Shown: piece by piece, positions 12,860 through 27,594 of the stretch
Numbering within the stretch: position 1 is the stretch's first letter
Layout: each line of letters starts with the position of its first letter
Translations under genes and position numbers: made by a program
Notes under the pieces: generated by a model
Seen by the model: only the letters and a program-made list of their open reading frames with translations
What the model was told of the DNA's origin: nothing
Database searches by the model: none
NCBI GenBank assembly: GCA_002269645.1
Contig: NIVC01002255.1
Location: 62,001 to 126,000 of the forward strand
Length of the DNA stretch: 64,000 nucleotides
Source: Macrostomum lignano
Taxonomy: Eukaryota
Direction: 5' to 3'

Positions 12860-15800
12860 CTACTTAGTAATTTCGTAGACCTCAATGCTGCGCACTCCAC
12901 CGCAGGTTTCCGATTTCTTACCCGAACACGGCAGGTTACAGTTTTTCGCCCACTGGTACTTCTTGATTTGCTGACCACACTGACAAATGTTGCCATCTAG
13001 CAGGCCAAAGTACAAAAATCGCTTACTGAAGCAGGAGTCGAGGCAATATTTTTTGGTTAAATCGTAAGGTTTGTAGTCGAAGGTGTCCAGCAGCGGTTCA
13101 CGCTTCAGCGCCTTGTAGCAGCCAAGGAGTTTGGTGTTGGGCAGCGGCGGAGGCCAAGGCTTGACGCCTGATGGAAAAACAATTGCGACAGCGCGTGAAA
13201 TAACTCACTCGCGGGAAATCATTCTTGTGCGAATAAATTATCAAGCATTTTGTTTTCTCCAAGACTTCACATCTCCGACACCTCACATCTCCGACACCTC
13301 ACATCTCCGACACTTCACATCTCCGACACCTCACATCTCCGACACCTCACACCTCCGACACTTCACATCTCCGACACTTCACATCTCCGACACCTCACAT
13401 CTCCGACACTTCATATCTCCGACACTTCATATCTCCGACACCTCACATCTCCGACACCTCACACCTCCGACACTTCATATCTCCGACACTTCATATCTCC
13501 GACACTTTCACATCTCCGACACCTCACACCTCCGACACTTCACATCTCCGACACTTCACATCTCCGACACTTCATATCTCCGACACTTCACATCTCCGAC
13601 ACTTCATATCTCCGACACTTCACATCTCCGACACTTCACATCTCCGACACTTCACATCTCCGACACTTCACATCTCCGACACTTCATATCTCCGACACTT
13701 CACATCTCCGACACTTCATATCTCCGACACTTCACATCTCCGACACTTCACATCTCCGACACTTCATATCTCCGACACTTCACATCTCCGACACTTCATA
13801 TCTCCGACACCTCACATCTTCGACACTTCATATCTCCAAAACCTCACATCTCCGACACCCCACACCTCCGACACTTCATATCTCCGACACCTCACATCTC
13901 CGACACGTCATATCTCCGACACCTCACATCTCCGACACTTCATATCTCCGACACCTCACATCTCCGACACTTCACATCTCCGACACCTCACACCTCCGAC
14001 ACTTCATATCTCCGACACTTCATATCTCCGACACCTTACATCTCCGACACTTCACATCTCCGACACCTCACATCTCCGACACTTCACATCTCCGACACTT
14101 CATATCTCCGACACCTCACATCTCCGACACTTCATATCTCCGACACCTCACACCTCCGACACCTCACATCTCCGACACCTCACACCTCCGACACTTCATA
14201 TCTCCGACACCTTACATCTCCGACACTTCATATCTCCGACACCTCACATCTCCGACACTTCACATCTCCGACAATTCATATCTCCGACACCTCACATCTC
14301 CGACACTTCATATCTCCGACACCTCACACCTCCGACACCTCACATCTCCGACACCTCACACCTCCGACACTTCATATCTCCGACACTTCATATCTTCGAC
14401 ACTTCATATCTCCGACACTTCACATCTCCGACACTTCATATCTCCGACACTTCACATCTCCGACACTTCACACCTCCGACACTTCATATCTCCGACACCT
14501 CACATCTCCGACACTTCATATCTCCGACACCTCACACCTCCGACACCTCACATCTCCGACACCTCACACCTCCGACACTTCATATCTCCGACACTTCATA
14601 TCTCCGACACTTCATATCTCCGACATTTTACATCTCCGACACTTCATATCTCCGACACTTCATATCTCCGACACTTCATATCTCCGACACTTCACATCTC
14701 CGACACTTCACACCTCCGACACTTTCACATCTCCGACACCTCACACCTCCGACACTTCACATCTCCGACACTTCACATCTCCGACACTTCATATCTCCGA
14801 CACTTCACATCTCCGACACTTCACATCTCCGACACTTCATATCCCCGACACTTCACATCTCCGACACTTCATATCTCCGACACCTCACATCTTCGACACT
14901 TCATATCTCCAAAACCTCACATCTCCGACACCCCACACCTCCGACACTTCATATCTCCGACACCCCACACCTCCGACACTTCATATCTCCGACACCTCAC
15001 ATCTCCGACACGTCATATCTCCGACACCTCACATCTCCGACACGTCATATCTCCGACACCTCACATCTCCGACACCTCACATCTCCGACACTTCACATCT
15101 CCGACACTTCACATCTCCGACACTTCACATCTCCGACACTTCACATCTCCGACACTTCACATCTCCGACACTTCACATCTCCGACACTTCACACCTCCGA
15201 CACTTCATATCTCCGACACCTCACATCTCCGACACTTCATATCTCCGACACCTCACACCTCCGACACCTCACATCTCCGACACCTCACACCTCCGACACT
15301 TCATATCTCCGACACTTCATATCTCCGACACTTCATATCTCCGACATTTTACATCTCCGACACTTCATATCTCCGACACTTCATATCTCCGACACTTCAT
15401 ATCTCCGACACTTCACATCTCCGACACTTCACACCTCCGACACTTTCACATCTCCGACACCTCACACCTCCGACACTTCACATCTCCGACACTTCACATC
15501 TCCGACACTTCATATCTCCGACACTTCACATCTCCGACACTTCACATCTCCGACACTTCATATCCCCGACACTTCACATCTCCGACACTTCATATCTCCG
15601 ACACCTCACATCTTCGACACTTCATATCTCCAAAACCTCACATCTCCGACACCCCACACCTCCGACACTTCATATCTCCGACACCCCACACCTCCGACAC
15701 TTCATATCTCCGACACCTCACATCTCCGACACGTCATATCTCCGACACCTCACATCTCCGACACGTCATATCTCCGACACCTCACATCTCCGACACTTCA

Positions 15801-17444
15801 TATCTCCGACACTTCACATCTCCGACACTTCACATCTCCGACACTTCACATCTCCGACACTTCACATCTCCGACACTTCACATCTCCGACACCTCACATC
15901 TCCGACACCTCACATCTCCGACACTTCACATCTCCGATACTTCATATCTCCGACATTTCATCTCTCTGACACGCAAAATTCTAACCCAAAGTCAAACTCT
16001 AACCTTGTCTTAATTACTATTATGTCTGGATGCTTTCTTTCAGATTTAAAATCAGTAGTTTTTTTTATTGGACAATATTTTATTGAAAAAATACACCCTG
16101 TTCCATGCCGTACTCCCATCATTCCATCCGCGCTCATTTGTAGCGGCGGGTTACCATACAACAGCCCTGACTTTCAAATCGTCAAGAAATGTACGCTCTC
16201 AGTGCCTTGGGGGTCGGCCCTCGTAAATATGAATTGCACAACAATTTTAGAGTGGTCAATTTCGTGTACAAGCCCCCAAATGAAGATGAACGCTCATGAA
16301 ATCAAGCCAGAGTTGAAAAGTGTTTCGAAATCAATCGCAAATTTACTTACCGTTAACAATGACTCTACTGATGTCGTAGACCATCGTGTAATTGGGGCCT
16401 CCGCAACTATCTGACGGTTGGCCAACGCATGGAGTCTGGCAATATTTCGCATCCTCCCTAGCATTGTGCAGCAGGGCTTGACCGCAGTGGCAGATCCTTC
16501 CGTTTCTCAGACCGAACAGTGGGAAGAATCTCAATTTGCAAAATCGGTAGCAAATTGCGGGGCTCATAAGTTCGACCACTCTTACTCGCGCAACTCCGAG
16601 TGCCGGAAGCGACATCGAATGTTTGTAGCAGCCTGTTTTAGCTTGGCTAAAGTCTGGCGTTTTGGAATTTTAGAGTTCGTTTTAACATGGTTTTAAAATA
16701 ACCATTCATCATATTGCATGTACGAACGAACAAATTCGTGTACTTAATGGATATGACCACAAATTCAAGTTGATAAACGATTAATCAAGCGGGTAACTAC
16801 ATTAATAATAAAATGGGACCTAGTGTTTCTATCATAGTAAAGAGCCTTAAACAGCTGATTTGGCTTGCAGTCTGTGGGAGAGTGCAGTTCTGTGGCAGTG
16901 GCTTTGATCGGCTTTATTGTCTATGGCCGAGTGCAGTTCTGTGGCAGTGGCTTTGATCGGCTTTATTGTCTATGGCCGAGTGCAGTTCTGTGTCAGTGGC
17001 TTTGATTGGCTTTATTGTCTATGGCCGAGAGCAGTTCTGTGGCAGTGGCTTTGATTGGCTTTATTGTCTATGGCCGAGTGCAGTTCTGTGGCAGTGGCTT
17101 TGATTGGCTTTATTGTCTATGGCCGAGTGCAGCTCTGTAGCAGTGGCTTTGATTGGCTTTATTCTCTATGGCCGAGAGCAGTTCTGTGGCAGTGGCTTTG
17201 ATTGGCTTTATTGTCTATGGCCGAGTGCAGTTCTGTGGCAGTGGCTTTGATTGGCTTTATTGTCTATGGCCGAGTGCAGTTCTGTGGCAGTGCATGGCCG
17301 CTGTTACAGCCAATGGGGAGTTCCAACTATAAAAATTCTATCAGCTATCACTAGCTATGAAAACTTTGACCACTCACCTGCGCTCGCTTGGACAGAAGCG
17401 AGCAGAAAACCAACTAGAAGCAAACTCTTTACAACCAGCTTCAT
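12860..17444 (-). CDS. Secreted double-WSC-domain protein C (exons 17444-17378, 16653-16351, 13167-12860)
   Basis: Signal exon MKLVVKSLLLVGFLLASVQASA. WSC1: KTGCY...CYRFC...FGLRNGRICHCG...CQTPCVG...CGG. WSC2 is absent from the ORF track and was translated by hand: LLGCYKA...YCLDSCFSKRFLYFGLLDGNICQCG...CNLPCSGKKSETCGGVRSIEVYEITK*. Phase-1 GT-AG introns. Confidence 0.88.
13262..15962. repeat. 16-bp satellite, 2.7 kb, in WSC-C intron 2
   Basis: Unit cacatctccgacactt with cat/cac and ctt/cct variants. Confidence 0.97.
16881..17292. repeat. 49-bp minisatellite in WSC-C intron 1
   Basis: Unit gtgcagttctgtggcagtggctttgattggctttattgtctatggccga, about 8 copies. Confidence 0.95.
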
Positions 17445-18003
17445 TTTTCTTGTTGTTTCTAGTAGCAATAAAACTATTGTTGCTAATTACGTACTGTATA
17501 ATAACTCCAAAGTTAAGGATTAGAGAAAAAGTTTTTTTTTGATTTAAATAGATTTGCCAACTTGCATAATTAGCATTCCAGAAAGAACTTCGTGTTTTCA
17601 GAAAATGTTTTAGAAGAAGTTCATTTCATTTCATTTATTCTCAAAGAATTGTTAAGAAAATCGAACTAGTTATTTTTCGATGTTTAACCACCCAGAAACT
17701 GAAAATTAAATTCCAATAGTAAAAAGAAATAATGTTCATTTAATTTTCAAACCAATTTAATTTTGTTTTGAATTGCCTAAAATAAAAACTGCATGTTATG
17801 TATGTCAGACACTTGATGAATGACTCGTAATTTAGAAGTTTTTTTGTTAGAAAATCGTTTGCATTGTAACTTTTTACGAGTACGCTCGTATGTGACTCAA
17901 ATCAATTTGGTAAAACTAGTAGCGCTTTCAAATAAATATTTTTTTTATTTTTAAACATTTTTCACGCATTTCTTTGCAGCCAATCAGCAGTCACAGGGAC
18001 AAA

Positions 18004-18140
18004 TGGCGCCCCCTCTGTAGCTGGCGCCCCCTCTGTAGCTGGCGCCCCCTCTGTAGCTGGCGCCCCCTATGTAGCTGGCGCCCCCTATGTAGCTGGCGCC
18101 CCCTCTGTAGCTGGCGCCTCCTCTGTAGCTGGCGCCTCCT
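18004..18140. repeat. 18-bp minisatellite
   Basis: Unit ggcgccccctctgtagct, about 7 copies. Confidence 0.93.
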
Positions 18141-18297
18141 CCATTGCTCTTGTCAAAAAACAGACTGTTCATGGTGGTTTATTAGCACCGAAAATCAATT
18201 GTTTATTTAAACAATAAAAAGACGAAGTTACTAGATTTAAAGCAACATTCCGGGTATCAGAGTTCGGTGCTGACAATTGATAGCTAAAATACTATAC

Positions 18298-21200
18298 TCA
18301 AAGTATCTCAAACACGTCCATGCAAGTTTTCCCGCCGCAGGTCTCTTCCCTGTTACCCTCGCAGGCCACGCGGCACTGATCGCACGCCATGCAGTTCACC
18401 ATCATTTTGTCGCAGTAACAAAACCGACTTTTGGTTAATCCGAAATACTTGAATCCTTGTTTCACGCAATAGTCATAGCATAACTTGCCAGTCATCTTCA
18501 CAGTCGAGTGCTGAACAGTCTTTGACAGTGGGAAGTTGTAACTGTAGTGGTAGCAGCCCAAGTACACGGAATTCGCTACTTTCGGAGTCTGTTTTAACCA
18601 GGCTTCTGCAAGGGGTTTTAAAAATGAGTCTCTGAGGTCGCCAACAGATCGAGAATTAGCAGCCGACTCAGTGTCTCAGTGATCAACAGCTTTCTTTCTT
18701 TCCTGAGCAATGAGCATACAGTAACACAGGTAGCTAGTGTAGCTAGTGAGTAGAGAGACACGCTACACTTGGCGGTTTGGCACGGTTGCTTTGATGTGCC
18801 AGAGGCCCAGGCTCGATTCCCAGTGCAGTCACATTAATTTTGGGGCTAAATTGGAATCTCGGCTTGGCTCTGCTCGTGCAATTAACGCCATTGAGGGCCA
18901 ACCCTAAGGCACAGTGAAGTGTACATGCATAAGTTAGGGCCGCTGCGCACTCCTGTGTGAGTGTGTGCCTGTGCATATGACTGCGTACGTATCCGCGCGC
19001 TAGTGTGCCTGCTCAGGGGAGTCGGTGGAATGGGCAGTAATGCCTCTCACCAGTTGTGTGACAATTTCCCTTAAAGTGCTCCGAGGGCGTTTACCTAACG
19101 CCAAAAGTGTTCACAAGGCTTCAAAGCATAAATGTAATGTAAATATGAGTACATTCTGACGTCCTCTTAAAACGCAGTATCTTTGATGAACAACGGCAAA
19201 ACCCCGCAAGCAAAGTCACAGAGCAGGGTGCGTCAGATGGTGCGCCGCAGAGCCTGAGAGCGGACGAAGTCCGTCCCGTTGGCAGTGTCGGGCGTCCCGG
19301 CGTCGCGTAGGAGGCAGTCCACGTATCGACGGGTTCGGGCCTGACCCCGCCTGAGCGGGCTCTGCAAGGTGAGCAGCAGAACGTTTTGAACAGGAATTGG
19401 GGGCAGTAGCCCTCGGCCCGGATCACGTGGCCCGCCAGTTGAAGTTGCCGCCGGCGCAGGATGATGGACGGGCGCTGCAGCTTGGCCCGATCGTACAGGG
19501 CCTCGGTCCCGACGCTCTCGTCAGCTCGAAAGGCCGCACGGAGCAGCCCTGAGTGCGCCGAGTCCAGCTGCCGCTCCAGCGCAGCCGTCAGCGTCCACGT
19601 CTCGGCGTTGTATAGCAGGACGGTTTCGACCACCGCCTGCCACAGCCGAGCCTCTGGCGGTCGGGCAGCGCTTCGGACTGGACGACGACCCGGATCGAAC
19701 GGAGGGCCGCCCAGGCAAGTCCTCTGCGCCGCCGGAGGTCTTCCTCCACGTGGGGCACCAGACTGCCGAGTTAGGTGAACCGCTGGCAGCGTGCGAGCCT
19801 GGTCGTCTGCCCGTCTGCGCCGCGGCACGTCAGGCCCGCTGGGATGTCGGCCGGCACATGTCGGCCGGCACCTCGGTCTTCAGCGTGTTGTCAACCAGAC
19901 CGACCCTCGATGCCATCTCGACCAGCCTGTCAATCTGGCGCTGGGCGCCTTCAACGGACGAGGACAGGAGGGCGAGGTCGTCGGCGTAGCCAAGCACGCT
20001 CAGCCTGTGCTTTTCGCTGTGGCGGCGGCCGATGCGTCTACGCAGCAGGAAGCCGTCGTCAGCAGACGGGAGTGCGGTCCAAAGCACCCAGTCCAGCAAC
20101 ACCACGAAGAGGAACGACACCAGTGTGTCGCCCTGCAGAACTCCTGATGAAGTGTCGAACAGGTCAGACAGGCCGTCCGCCGTCACCACAGCTGCTCGAG
20201 TATCGCAATACAGCGACATGACAGCGTCGTTTAGCTGCTGGGGTACCCAGTAGGCTCGAAAAACGAAGGGAAGCGCGGCTCTCAAAACCGAGTCAAACGC
20301 CTTTCAAAAGTCAAAGAAGACAATGATTAGCGTAGACTAGCGGATGCGCGCCTCCTCGATGACACGGCGGAGTGCGAGGATCTGTGTCACTGTACCGCGT
20401 TGCGGCCGGAATCCGTTCTGCTCGTACCGCAGGTACGGGTCCAGCACCGACTGCAGGCGATCGAGCAGCAGCCGGTTGAGGAGCTTCACGGTGCAGGACA
20501 TCAGCGAGATCCCGCGGTGGTCTTCTTTCCGCGTTTTCCCTGCCTTCTTTGAGGTCGGCACGATGTGTGCGACGGTCCACTCGGTAGGTGCAGGAGCGCC
20601 GGCGAGCACGCGGTTCGTGACGCCTGTGACCTGGGAGGCCACAAAGCGGAGCCGCAGCGCTTCGACCGGGACCTCGTCGGGGCCGAGCACCTTGCCGCCT
20701 GATGTTTTCCGAGCGAACAGCACAACGTCCTCCGTGGTGACTGGTCTGGTGCAGAAGTCCTCCTCAGCTGGGAGCGGCGTGTCCAGTGGGAGCGCAAAGC
20801 TGGCGGGCAGCGGCGACGCGGGCGCGTTCACGATGCCGGCGAAGAAGTCGCGCAATTCATTCCTGCGCTCCTCTGGGGTGTCGCAGGCCAGGTTCAGCGC
20901 CACTCGCTTTTTGCGCCCCGTCAGAGTCCGGACGGCCGTCCACACTGACCGGCTCTTCACGTCGGGGCCGGCTGCAGCAGTGATGGACCTGACGGCGTCT
21001 TCGACAGCGCCTGCTGCCGCTCGTCTAGAAGGCGCTCAAACGCGTCTTCAGCGTCGCCTGTGGGCCGCCTGTTTCTGCGGAGTCGCTCGATGTTAAGCCG
21101 CGCCTGCCTGATGGTCGGGTCGCTCTGCCAGACAGGCATCGATTTTTGCGCTGGCCGCATCAGCGGGACCGTCTACTCCGCAGCGGCTCTAATGACGGTG

Positions 21201-23728
21201 CTGATGTCGGTATACTCCGCCTCGCGCTGGTCTCCAAGCGCGCCGACGAAGGCGCCCGCGAATTGACGCTTCACGCGGGTGTCCAACAGTGCGCGGTAGT
21301 AGCGTCGTGGCCGCTGCTTTGGCGGTCGGTAGAGCTGGTCGCGGAGACGCAAGTCGCAGAACAGGAGTCGTTGGTCTGACCAGAGAGCCACTGGAGCCAT
21401 GGTGTCGCAGTTGGTGACGCGGCGGCGCTCGCGAGTGCGAACCAGCGCATGATCGAGTTGCGCCAGTCTCCTCGTGGCGTTCCGCCCGCATGAGTTCCGT
21501 CACCTTTTGCAGCCCGAAAAGGTGACTTGCAGCCCGCACCGCAGGGGGCTTGCGGAACTGGGTGTTCGCGGACACCAGGTCCAGCCGGTCAAGCAGATTC
21601 TCCAGCGCATCGGTGTTTGGCGTTCTCTCGTCCCGCGACAAAAGACGAGTGCTCGGACCTCCGCAGGACTGCGTTCAGGTCTCCGAGCACTGCCAGTGTG
21701 TCGCGGTTTGGCACCTCTTCCAGCTGCCTAGCCAGGAAGTCGAAAAACACGAGCCTCCTCGGGGTGAGCAGCGGTGGGTGCATACGCGCAGAACAGCCGG
21801 ATGCTGTTCCACCCGCATTAGTCGCGGGGACAGCGAGATGCAGTGCACGCTCTGCTGGAGGCGCGGTCCGATCAGCACGCCGACACCGCCCCGGCCGCGG
21901 TCGTCTGCCGACGTGTACAGGAGGCTCCAGCCAGTTCCGAGGTCCTCAGAGTGGAGCCCCGGCTCAGCCACGATAGAGACCTCCTGCAGCATGACGAGGT
22001 CCAGCTGTAGGTCGTGGGCCAGCTGGACGAGATTGATGCGACGCCAGGGGGCCTTCAGAGTTCGGCAGTTCATCGTGCCGAGCCTGAGGCGGCCACCTGG
22101 TACAGCTGGGGCCAGATGGAGGTTGGCCTCGTGGTCCCCGCGGAGCCACCCGGCTGATCCATAGTTGAAGTAGCAGCTGGACTGGGGACAACAGACGCCT
22201 GGCCGCGCCGCGGAGTCGTCTTCGACCGACCTCTGTGTGTCCCTGGAGTGCTGAGCTTTGCTGTCGCAGCCGTAGCGCGGCCGTCCGAGCCAACCGAGGT
22301 CATCCGCGGCCTGGTGATCTGGCCGCGATGCCAAGAGGTGTCAACACTGTTTGCACGGGTGTGCACATATAATGTCTCTGCAAATGTATTGGTTCTTTAA
22401 TGAAGCACAACAGCTTCAGCAACATACCGCTTTTAAAGTGATCATCGTTAAGTACCAGACCAACCGCGAACACCTCCATTGAGTATCTGCCTCCGCACGT
22501 GGCTGACTTCAGCATCTTGCACTGCATTTTTAGGCAACGTCTGTCACTCAGCCTTTGAGTAACAGTAAGCACAGCATTTCCACAGTAGCAGTCCACTCCG
22601 TTGTGCAGGCCAAACAGCCGACGCGAAGCTTTGATGCAACAGTAGTAGCATTTCTCCGGTGTGATGTCAGTCACTTTTGTGCACATCCTGGCCTCTATGG
22701 CCTGGTTCCATCTGGTGTGCGAGAAGCAGCCAACTCCTGCTTTGCTTAGATCTGGAATGGGTTTTTGTCTTGTTGAAGCACTGGGGTTCTTATGTCGTTA
22801 TGAGTAGTCTCGAGCATTAGGTTCCGTTATTAAGCGTTTGGTCCGTTAAAGTAACAGAGGTACTGTTTTTATAACGATTAACGTACCATACTCGTAGTTA
22901 CTTTTTTCGGGGCAACGGAATAACAGTTTTGCGTTGCTTTTTGTTCTCTTCCGTTAAACTTTTTCACTTTTTTCTTTTCTTTGCTTTTAAAAAGCAAGAA
23001 GTAACGAATTAATGCTTTTTTGTAAAAAATTTCCAGTTTTTGTTTATTTTATTTCATTTCGTTTTGTTCTATGAGGATTTTTCTTTTACCACTAACTGAA
23101 TTAATTCTTTTTAATAACGCTGCCCAAAACTTTTTTCGAGCGTTTAGTTTCAACGGGAAATTTATAATAAGACATTTTATACTTGAATTTTTGTCATGGC
23201 ATCTTAAAATCGAAAATAAGACTTAGATTTAGATACTTTAAATAGTTGTTTTCTATCCAATAAAGTTAGATTTTTTTAGTTCTGTATAAAATGAGTGTAA
23301 ATTTCTTCTAAGAAATGAAAACCTGCGCTGTTATGCTTACCTGGGGTCGCCATTACAAGCTCGAAAAATCACATCGTCGAAAACTGATTTACCAACCACC
23401 ATCACAAGCTCGAAAAGTCATAAGCTCGAAAAATCACATCGTTGAAGAGTTTAGCAACCATCATCACAAGCTCGTAAAGGCACAAGCTCTAACCCTAACC
23501 CTAAAGCACCAGTACCCTAACCTAACCCTAAACCCTAACCCTAAAGGCACAAGTTCTAACCCTAACCCTATTCGAGTTTGTGATGGTGGTTGTTAAATCA
23601 GTTTTCGACGATGTGATTTTTCGAGCTTGTGATCGGCCCCCCTTACCTGGACTCTTCGTCGCAGTCGCAATGAAAGCAGGCAACAGAATTCCTACTAGAT
23701 GTAGGAGAAAGCACTGAATTCGCTTCAT
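18298..23728 (-). CDS. Secreted double-WSC-domain protein D (exons 23728-23647, 22751-22428, 18605-18298)
   Basis: Signal exon MKRIQCFLLHLVGILLPAFIATATKSP. WSC1: GVGCF...CYYCC...FGLHNGVDCYCG...CGGRYSMEVF. WSC2: YLGCY...FGLTKSRFCYC...CGGKTCMDVFEIL*. Phase-1 introns. Confidence 0.87.
18745..19143 (+). mobile_element. Near full-length tRNA-derived SINE
   Basis: B-box-like GGCTCGATTCCC near 18810; body shared with 4 other copies; 3' tail taaagtgctccgag...aaagcataaatgtaatgtaaat resembles LINE-derived SINE tails. Confidence 0.6.
19150..22340 (-). mobile_element. Degraded RTE-type non-LTR retrotransposon (APE endonuclease + RT) in WSC-D intron 2
   Basis: APE: RLGTMNCRTL...LVMLQEV...GRGGVGVLI, LGDLNA, DLVSANTQFRK. 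RT: DHRGISLM, EQNGFRPQRGT..QI.ALRR, GVLQGDTL, LGYADDLALL. C-terminal LLYNAETWTLT. Split over about 8 frames by frameshifts and strongly GC-rich. Confidence 0.92.
23345..23641. mobile_element. MITE with subterminal cgaaaaatcacatcg repeats, a central (CCCTAA)-like tract and a 9-bp TSD
   Basis: Inverted arms (acaagctcgaaaaatcacatcgtcgaaaactgattta / taaatcagttttcgacgatgtgatttttcgagcttgt); cttacctgg at 23336-23344 and 23642-23650. Confidence 0.8.
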
Positions 23729-23897
23729 TAAATTATTGTTTTCTATGGACAAGTGCGACACAAAATAGTACTTTTCCGACTTTGTGCTCTTCAAAATATC
23801 AGTATAAAAATAAAACATAGCTAAGCTAGCTGGCTACACAAAACGGGAGAATGGTTCACTCTGAAATCGACGTTTTTCTGCCATAGACATACGTAGG

Positions 23898-25747
<1,850 letters not shown>

Positions 25748-25929
25748 TCAGTAGCATTAGATGAGTAGCATTCAGCTGGTTTGGCCAATGAAAGCTGTTT
25801 CAAATCCTACATCCTAGTCCTGAGGCTACAAGAGGATGAAAAAACATCTAAAAGGTAGCTGCGTTTCAATGCAACAGAGAAATTTCTTGCAGCTAACTGG
25901 TAGCAACAAATTTGCTGGAACAATCGACA

Positions 25930-27247
25930 ATGAAGTCCCTAACGCTGACTTTGTGGTTCTATTCTGTCGTTCTGTTTTGTCTCTATAAGCCAACATCAGC
26001 TGGGATCGTGTTCACAGTCAACAAGATGGGCAGCCTCTCAACTCCGATTGAAATGGGCTCCGCTGCCGGCAGCGACAGGCTGAAATGCGCCAAATACTGC
26101 ACTGCGAACCCGGCCTGTTTCGGTTTCACCTGGTTGCCGAGTATTTGTCGCCTCTTCAACCTGTCCGCTTTCTACGACTTGGCCTGGGAGAACTCAGCCG
26201 CTAGCGACGTCTACACGAGGAAAGTTGGTAAGTGAAAAGCCTAACCATCTGGTCCTTCGGTGCATTTCCTGCAGTCCTTCGGTGCATTTCCTGCAGTCCT
26301 TCGGTGCATTTCCTGCAGTCCTTCGGTGCATTTCCTGCAGTCCTTCGGTGCATTTCCTGCAGTCCTTCGGTGCATTTCCTGCAGTCCTTCGGTGCATTTC
26401 CTGCAGCTTTCGGTGCATTTCCTGCAGTCCTTCGGTGCATTTCCTGCAGTCCTTCGGTGCATTTCCTGCAGTCCCTCGGTGCATTTCCTGCAGTCCTTCG
26501 GTGCATTTCCTGCAGTCCCTCGGTGCATTTCCTGCAGTCCTTCGGTGCATTTCCTGCAGTCCCTCGGTGCATTTCCTGCAGTCCTTCGGTGCATTTCCTG
26601 CAGTCCCTCGGTGCATTTCCTGCAGTCCTTCGGTGCATTTCCTGCAGTCCCTCGGTGCATTTCCTGCAGTCCTTCGGTGCATTTCCTGCAGTCCCTCGGT
26701 GCATTTCCTGCAGTCCTTCGGTGCATTTCCTGCAGTCCCTCGGTGCATTTCCTGCAGTTTTCATTGCTGTCATTAAATGATCATAACGAGCTCGTTAACA
26801 ACTATGGTGTTAGAATTTCCATAGAAAAACGTCATTATTGCTATTTCAATTGCAGCCAAACTAAACTTCATTGCCTGCAATCAAAGCTCGGTTCTTCAAG
26901 ACGGAGTCTGCGAGAGAGCGATCGATGGAAATAAGATTCAACAATATCACCTTGGCAAAACATGCATGCAAACTGACAGCAAGGGCTACCCAGGCTGGTG
27001 GGAGGGTCAACTCTCTGCTGCTGCTGAGGTGTCGCATGTGACCATCTACAACAGGGTGGACTGCTGCAGCAACCGGTTGAACAAGCTTTCCCTGCAAGTG
27101 GACGGTGTCGAGTGCCACAGGGTGGACCTGACCGTGCCATTTTCGAAAGCCACCTTCAACTGCAACGCCTTTGGAAGCAGGCTCACCGTCTTGAGCCTAG
27201 TGAAGCACATTATTTCCATGTGCGAGGTCGAGATCTATGGAATCTAA
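25930..27247 (+). CDS. Secreted PAN/Apple + F-type lectin (FTP, F5/8-like) protein (exons 25930-26227, 26856-27247)
   Basis: Signal peptide; PAN-like CAKYCTANPACFGFTW....CRLF. Exon 2: ACNQSSV...CERAIDGN...CMQT....PGWWEGQL...VTIYNRVDCCSNRL...SMCEVEIYG (F-type lectin fold motifs). Phase-1 intron. Confidence 0.85.
26252..26758. repeat. 22-bp minisatellite in the PAN-FTP intron
   Basis: Unit cttcggtgcatttcctgcagtc, about 23 copies. Confidence 0.96.
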
Positions 27248-27409
27248 TAACACTGCCCGAGATTTGGAGAACGAAACGTTACTCCGTTGTACTACGAGCG
27301 TATAACAACTTTTCAATTATTTGTTTCAAGTTTTACATTTTCAATAACTGCTTTAATCTACGCTCTCCTCGTATGGCAAGTATAGCAAACGTTCTAGAAA
27401 ATCTAGAAT

Positions 27410-27442
27410 CTACTACTACTACTACTACTGCTACTGCTACTG

Positions 27443-27483
<41 letters not shown>

Positions 27484-27496
27484 GCTACTGCTACTG

Positions 27497-27549
<53 letters not shown>

Positions 27550-27560
27550 GCTGCTGCTAC

Positions 27561-27594
<34 letters not shown>

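Noticed and set aside
13131-16414. 960-aa and 1054-aa ORFs
   Set aside because: Translations of a stop-free 16-bp satellite lying in an intron of the opposite-strand WSC-C gene
23490-23570. Interstitial telomere (CCCTAA)n
   Set aside because: Short, interrupted and central to a TIR/TSD-bounded MITE
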